Shown: piece by piece, positions 60,039 through 64,000 of the stretch
How the letters are laid out: every line of letters begins with the position of its first letter
Position numbering within the stretch: position 1 is the stretch's first letter
Assembly: GCA_963765075.1 (NCBI GenBank)
Contig: CAVXVA010000001.1
Coordinates: forward strand, 870,075-934,074
Direction of reading: 5' to 3'
Source of the DNA: an uncultured Acidimicrobiia bacterium
GTDB taxonomy: Bacteria > Actinomycetota > Acidimicrobiia > IMCC26256 > JAENVU01
DNA: 64,000 nucleotides
Position numbers and translations under genes: made by a program
Notes under the pieces: generated by a model
The model's input: the letters and a program-made list of their open reading frames with translations, nothing else
Told to the model about the DNA's origin: nothing
Databases searched by the model: none

Positions 60039-61301
60039 ATGCCCTCCCCTTTCGCACCGTTCAAACATCGAGTCTTTGCCGCCTTCTGGTTCGGCGCGTT
60101 CGTCTCCAACATCGGTACGTGGATGGAGACCGTCGGCATCGGGATCTACGTCACCAACGCGACGGGCAAGTCCGGGTGGACCGGCCTGGTCGCGGCCGCG
60201 GGATTCCTGCCCGGAGCGATACTCGGGCCGGTGGGCGGCGCGCTGGCCGACCGACTCCCGCGCAAGGCGGTGCTGATCACCACGACGTCGATCCAAACCG
60301 CATTGGCCACCGTGCTCACGATCCTGGCTGCGACCGGTTCGCCGAGCCCCGCGCTCGTGACGCTCATCGTGTTCGCCAGCGGATGTGCCCAGGCGATCGG
60401 CTTCCCGACGTACCAGTCACTGTTGCCCGATCTCGTCCCGCCCGAAGACCTGGTCGGCGCGGTCGCGCTCTCGAGCGCGCAGTGGAACCTGGGCAGAGTC
60501 CTCGGGCCCGCGCTCGCCGCCGTGGTCATCGGTATCGGGGGGTACGCGTGGGCCTTCGGCATCAACGCCGTCAGCTTCCTCGCGGTGATCGCCGCGGTGA
60601 TGATGCTCACGCTGCCTCCCCCCCGGCCCCATCTCGGTCAGACCATTCGCGCCGCGATCGGCCAGGGCGTCGGGTACGTGCGCCGCGACCCCGGTCTGCG
60701 GGTCGTCATGGGCTACATGTTCATCAACACGTTCCTCGCCGCACCGTTCATCGCGCTCGTGCCGGCGATGAGCATCATCGTGCTCGACGCAGGAGAAGGC
60801 GGCACCGGGCTGCTCATCACTGCTCAGGGCATCGGTGCCGTCATCATGGCGCTCAGTCTCGCCCATCTCGCACACCGATTCGGCGGCCGCCGCGTCATGC
60901 TCGTGGCGTTGTGGGCGCTGCCGCCCGCGCTCGCCACCTACGCCGTCATGCCAAACCTGTGGTCGTCGGCCGTCTCGCTGTTCTTCGTCGGCCTCATCTA
61001 CTTCGGCGCGTTGTCGAGCTTCATGAGCATCGCCCAGATCCGCGCGCCCGCCGAGATCCGCGGCCGCATCGTGAGCCTGCTGGCGGTGGTCCTCGGATCG
61101 CTGTATCCGCTCGGTTCGGTCATCCAAGGTCAGGTCGCCGACATGATCGGCCTTCGGGAGACAACGCTGATCGCCGCGGGACTCATGTTGGCCGCACTCG
61201 TGGTCATGAAACTCCGCAACCCCCGCTTCGCCGACGCGCTCGAACTCCCGTCGGCTCCCGTCGCGGTACCGTCCCCATCCCTGGAGGAGGTCGCCGAATG
61301 A
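60039..61301 (+). CDS. MFS transporter (MFS_3/EntS-like)
   Basis: 420 aa with about 12 TM helices. ...FRVFAAFWFGAFVSNIGTWM...GGALADRLPRK... is present. Confidence 0.85.
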   Translation: MPSPFAPFKHRVFAAFWFGAFVSNIGTWMETVGIGIYVTNATGKSGWTGLVAAAGFLPGAILGPVGGALADRLPRKAVLITTTSIQTALATVLTILAATGSPSPALVTLIVFASGCAQAIGFPTYQSLLPDLVPPEDLVGAVALSSAQWNLGRVLGPALAAVVIGIGGYAWAFGINAVSFLAVIAAVMMLTLPPPRPHLGQTIRAAIGQGVGYVRRDPGLRVVMGYMFINTFLAAPFIALVPAMSIIVLDAGEGGTGLLITAQGIGAVIMALSLAHLAHRFGGRRVMLVALWALPPALATYAVMPNLWSSAVSLFFVGLIYFGALSSFMSIAQIRAPAEIRGRIVSLLAVVLGSLYPLGSVIQGQVADMIGLRETTLIAAGLMLAALVVMKLRNPRFADALELPSAPVAVPSPSLEEVAE

Positions 61302-62065
61302 CAGCTGTCCAAACCGAACGTAACGGTCGGGTCGGGATCATCCGATTGAACCGACCCGAGGCCCGCAACGCCGTCAATGGCGAACTGGCGAATGGCGTCG
61401 AGGCCGCGCTCGACGAGTTCGAGGCCGACGCCGACATTCAGGCCGTCATCATCACCGGGACCGGACCGGTCTTCTGCGCCGGTGCCGACCTGAAGTTGGT
61501 CGCGACCGGCAAGGCCGGCGAGATGGCCACCAAGCGCGGCAGCTTCGCGGGTCTCGTCACCCGCGACTTCCCGAAGCCGCTCATCGCCGCGGTCAACGGC
61601 CCGGCGCTCGCCGGGGGGTTCGAGATCGTGCTGTCATGCGACCTCGTCGTCGCCGCGGATCACGCGACGTTCGGTATCCCCGAGGTGAAGCGAGGCCTCT
61701 TCGCCGCCGCGGGTGGGCTGATCCGCCTCCCCAAGCGGATCCCGCGGGCACTGGCGACCGAGCTGGCCGTGACCGGTGACCCGATCAGCGCCGACCGCGC
61801 CCTGCAACTCGGGTTGGTGAATCGCGTGGTCCCCGCGGATGACGTGATGGACGCCGCGCTCGAACTCGCGGCGCGCATCGCCGAGAACGGCCCGCTCGCG
61901 ATCAAGAACTCGCTCCGAATGGTGCGCGAGGCCGCGGACCTCAGCGAAGCCGACGCGTGGACACGGAGTCACGAACTGGCCATGGAAGTCTTCGTTTCGA
62001 AAGACTCCATCGAGGGGGCAACGGCGTTCGCCGAGAAGCGCCCTCCGAAATGGACCGGCACCTGA
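61298..62065 (+). CDS. Enoyl-CoA hydratase/isomerase (crotonase) family protein
   Basis: ...IIRLNRPEARNA...FCAGADLK...AAVNGPALAGGFEIVLSCDL... is present. The ATG overlaps the MFS stop (ATGA). Confidence 0.9.
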   Translation: MTAVQTERNGRVGIIRLNRPEARNAVNGELANGVEAALDEFEADADIQAVIITGTGPVFCAGADLKLVATGKAGEMATKRGSFAGLVTRDFPKPLIAAVNGPALAGGFEIVLSCDLVVAADHATFGIPEVKRGLFAAAGGLIRLPKRIPRALATELAVTGDPISADRALQLGLVNRVVPADDVMDAALELAARIAENGPLAIKNSLRMVREAADLSEADAWTRSHELAMEVFVSKDSIEGATAFAEKRPPKWTGT

Positions 62066-62087
62066 CCGTCGGACCCACCACGAGGGT

Positions 62088-63050
62088 TCAGGCCACGTTG
62101 CGGGACGCCTGCTGGCGTGCCTCGTGCAATGCGGTGATCGAACCGACCATCGCGAACGCGGCCAGCGACGCCAGGATCACCGCGACCGCGCCCACCGTCG
62201 CGACGATACGGGCCGCGGTGGTGTCGAAGAGCGCTTGCGCCGGGAAGATCAGCAGCCCGCAGAGCGTGGACGTCAACCACAGGATCCACCACCGCTGCAC
62301 GAGACCACGGGCGGGATCGTCGGCCGGGATCATGTCCATCGCCGACTGGTACGGCCACCAGAAGTTGACGATCGGAATGATGAAGGAAAGAGTTCCGAGC
62401 AGTGGGCTCCGCCGAGCCGGCAATCCCGACGCCCACGCCGCACGTGCCGCTCGGTAGAACCACATCATGAAGAGCACGCCGACGAGGAGTGCGACCGGCA
62501 GGACCATTCCGGCCAGGGGACCGGTGTCGGGAGCCCGCAAGTTGGTCGCACCGCCGGGCCGGGTGAGTTCGTCCCAGTGGGCCACGAACCATTTCGCCTG
62601 CGCGGCACTCGAGAACATCCCGGCCGCCTGCACGACGCCCGCGACGATGAGGAGCGGTTGAACCCAGCGCAGGAGCGACCGTTCCCTGGCGACGTCGGCC
62701 TCGATCGTGACCGGAGCCGCGATCGCGGGCGGCCCGGAAACGTGACCGGTCCAACTCGACCCGTCCCACCAGCGCAGACCCGCAATGCCCCAAGGGTCGG
62801 GATGCCAACCGGGGACCGCGGCGCCGATCGCCTCGGGCGGAGCCACGACCGGCAGTTCGGCCGCGGCGGTCGGGGTCGCGACCGTCGGCACCGAATCGAG
62901 CGAAGCGTCCGCCGGGGGAACCACACGCGGCGAGTCCCCGTCGCCGACGACGCGCGTCTCGCGCGCCCACGACGAACCGTCGAAGAATCGCTCGTGCTCG
63001 GTCCCCCATGGGTCGGGGTACCAGCCCGGTTCTCGCGTTGCGTCGGTCAC
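62088..63050 (-). CDS. Membrane protein with two DUF2510 repeats and a DUF4328 domain
   Basis: GWYPDPWG...FDGSSW and GWHPDPWG...WWDGSSW are followed by a 4-TM domain. GTG 63050 with the GAGAGGGAG RBS is preferred over TTG 63137. Confidence 0.75.
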   Translation of the reverse strand: MTDATREPGWYPDPWGTEHERFFDGSSWARETRVVGDGDSPRVVPPADASLDSVPTVATPTAAAELPVVAPPEAIGAAVPGWHPDPWGIAGLRWWDGSSWTGHVSGPPAIAAPVTIEADVARERSLLRWVQPLLIVAGVVQAAGMFSSAAQAKWFVAHWDELTRPGGATNLRAPDTGPLAGMVLPVALLVGVLFMMWFYRAARAAWASGLPARRSPLLGTLSFIIPIVNFWWPYQSAMDMIPADDPARGLVQRWWILWLTSTLCGLLIFPAQALFDTTAARIVATVGAVAVILASLAAFAMVGSITALHEARQQASRNVA

Positions 63051-63136
63051 TCGAACTCCCTCTCGTTGCGTGCCATGCTCGCGCAGATGGTCACTCGAGA
63101 CGGGCTCGCGGTCGGAATGCCTTGCGGGAGATGCCA

Positions 63137-64000
63137 ATGAAGGTCCCCGAGGTCCCGACCCCCGCGCTCATCGTCGACGTCGCGACCTTGGACCACAACC
63201 TCGCCACCATGGCGGCCGCGCGGCCGGGCGATAGCTGCCGCCCTCACGTCAAGGCCCACAAGACCACGGCCCTCGCGGCCCGGCAGGCTGCGGTCGGCCA
63301 CCTCGGGTTCACCGCCGCGACGCCGCGTGAGGTCCTCGGACTCGCCGCGGCGGGCCTCGGTCATGATCTGCTCCTGGCCAACGAGACCCTCGACCTCGAG
63401 CGCCTGGCTGCGATGGCGACCTGCGGAGCACGCGTCACGATCGCGGTCGACTCGCCCGAGACAATTGCCGCGGCCGCCGCCGCCGGAATCCGCGAGGTCC
63501 TCATCGACGTCAACGTCGGGCTGCCTCGCTGCGGATGCGAACCCGCGGCCGCCGGTTCGCTGGCCGACGCGGCCCGACAGAGTGGCCTCGAGGTTCGCGG
63601 CGTCATGGGCTACGAGGGCCACGCGTACTTGTACGAAGATCGCGCCGAGCGCGCGCTGGCAACCACGCTGGCGATGGCCCAGCTGCAGATCGCAGCCGAT
63701 CAGGTCGGCGGCGACATCATCTCCGCCGGGGCCACCGGCACCTACGACCTCAACCTGACCGCGACGGAGATCCAGGCCGGGTCGTACGCGTTGATGGACA
63801 CCGCGTTCGCCGCGTTCATCCCCGAGTTCCGGCCTGCCGTGTGGATCGAGGCCACTGTCATCAGCGTATCGGCCAAGTTCGCGGTCGCCGATTGCGGGCT
63901 GAAGGCACTCGGGATGGACCACGGCAACCCGACCGTCGACGGGGGTCGGGTCCTGATCGTCTCCGACGAGCACTTGACGTTCCGACCGGAGCGTCAAGCC
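63137..64000 (+). CDS. D-threonine aldolase/D-serine dehydratase-like PLP enzyme (alanine racemase N-terminal fold), 3' end outside the window
   Basis: This gene is not in the ORF track because there is no stop in the window. Manual translation from ATG 63137 gives MKVPEVPTPALIVDVATLDHNLATMAA...CRPHVKAHKTTALAARQ...IDVNVGLPRCG...GVMGYEGHA...IQAGSYALMD..., open to the window end. Confidence 0.75.
   Translation, partial: MKVPEVPTPALIVDVATLDHNLATMAAARPGDSCRPHVKAHKTTALAARQAAVGHLGFTAATPREVLGLAAAGLGHDLLLANETLDLERLAAMATCGARVTIAVDSPETIAAAAAAGIREVLIDVNVGLPRCGCEPAAAGSLADAARQSGLEVRGVMGYEGHAYLYEDRAERALATTLAMAQLQIAADQVGGDIISAGATGTYDLNLTATEIQAGSYALMDTAFAAFIPEFRPAVWIEATVISVSAKFAVADCGLKALGMDHGNPTVDGGRVLIVSDEHLTFRPERQA

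Noticed and set aside
1-64000. CRISPR arrays, rRNA/tRNA genes, transposases/integrases, prophage genes, toxin-antitoxin or known defence-system genes.
   Set aside because: None were seen. The only direct repeat found is the two-copy 50-nt element at 57151-57262. The only mobile-type gene is the DUF222-HNH at 41966-43174.

Overview
High-GC (about 68-70%) chromosomal segment. Gene content indicates an actinobacterium: mycothiol-type DinB/MDMPI proteins, F420-type luciferase-like oxidoreductases, WS/DGAT, a DUF222-HNH protein and many leaderless-looking genes. Coding density is high, with about 65 protein genes and many 4-nt start/stop overlaps. No rRNA, tRNA, CRISPR array or transposase was seen.

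Main blocks:
- (i) 2.1-11.6 kb, minus strand: acyl-CoA dehydrogenase, SDR, ThuA, an AcoABC/PDH-type E1alpha-E1beta-E2 set, an atypical PPDK-like phosphotransferase and an NmrA-like protein. A divergent TetR gene sits upstream.
- (ii) 12.5-24.5 kb: catabolic cluster with a Rieske oxygenase, SDRs, a molybdopterin oxidoreductase, a Zn-ADH, a DUF35/thiolase pair, a CoA ligase and an orphan PEP-enzyme swivel-domain protein.
- (iii) 28-32.6 kb: envelope or glycolipid cluster (UbiA prenyltransferase, GT28 fusion, NodB deacetylase, DMT-like permease).
- (iv) 33.6-41.6 kb: flavin reductase, two Rieske-domain fusion enzymes (GltS-FMN-like and TPP/pyruvate-oxidase-like), a multiply frameshifted amidase, RidA and a GrdB/PrdB-family gene.
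- (v) 42-64 kb: mixed housekeeping and accessory genes. These include DUF222-HNH, an ECF sigma/anti-sigma pair, CoA-transferase, P450, WS/DGAT, desaturase with a PaaX-like regulator, MTA phosphorylase plus deaminase, MFS and crotonase.

Strongest finding: the GrdB/PrdB-family gene is interrupted only by an in-frame TGA inside a U-x-x-C motif. An fdhF-like SECIS hairpin with a GGUC loop follows at the expected distance, so this is a predicted selenoprotein that ORF callers split in two.

Other points of interest:
- Single-nucleotide indels in four otherwise conserved genes.
- A recurring ACTAA-N8-TTAGT palindrome.
- Widespread TANNNT-6/7 nt-start-codon (leaderless) geometry.
- A tandem 50-nt complex hairpin repeat.

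All family calls come from reading the translations and recalling motifs; no database search was run.
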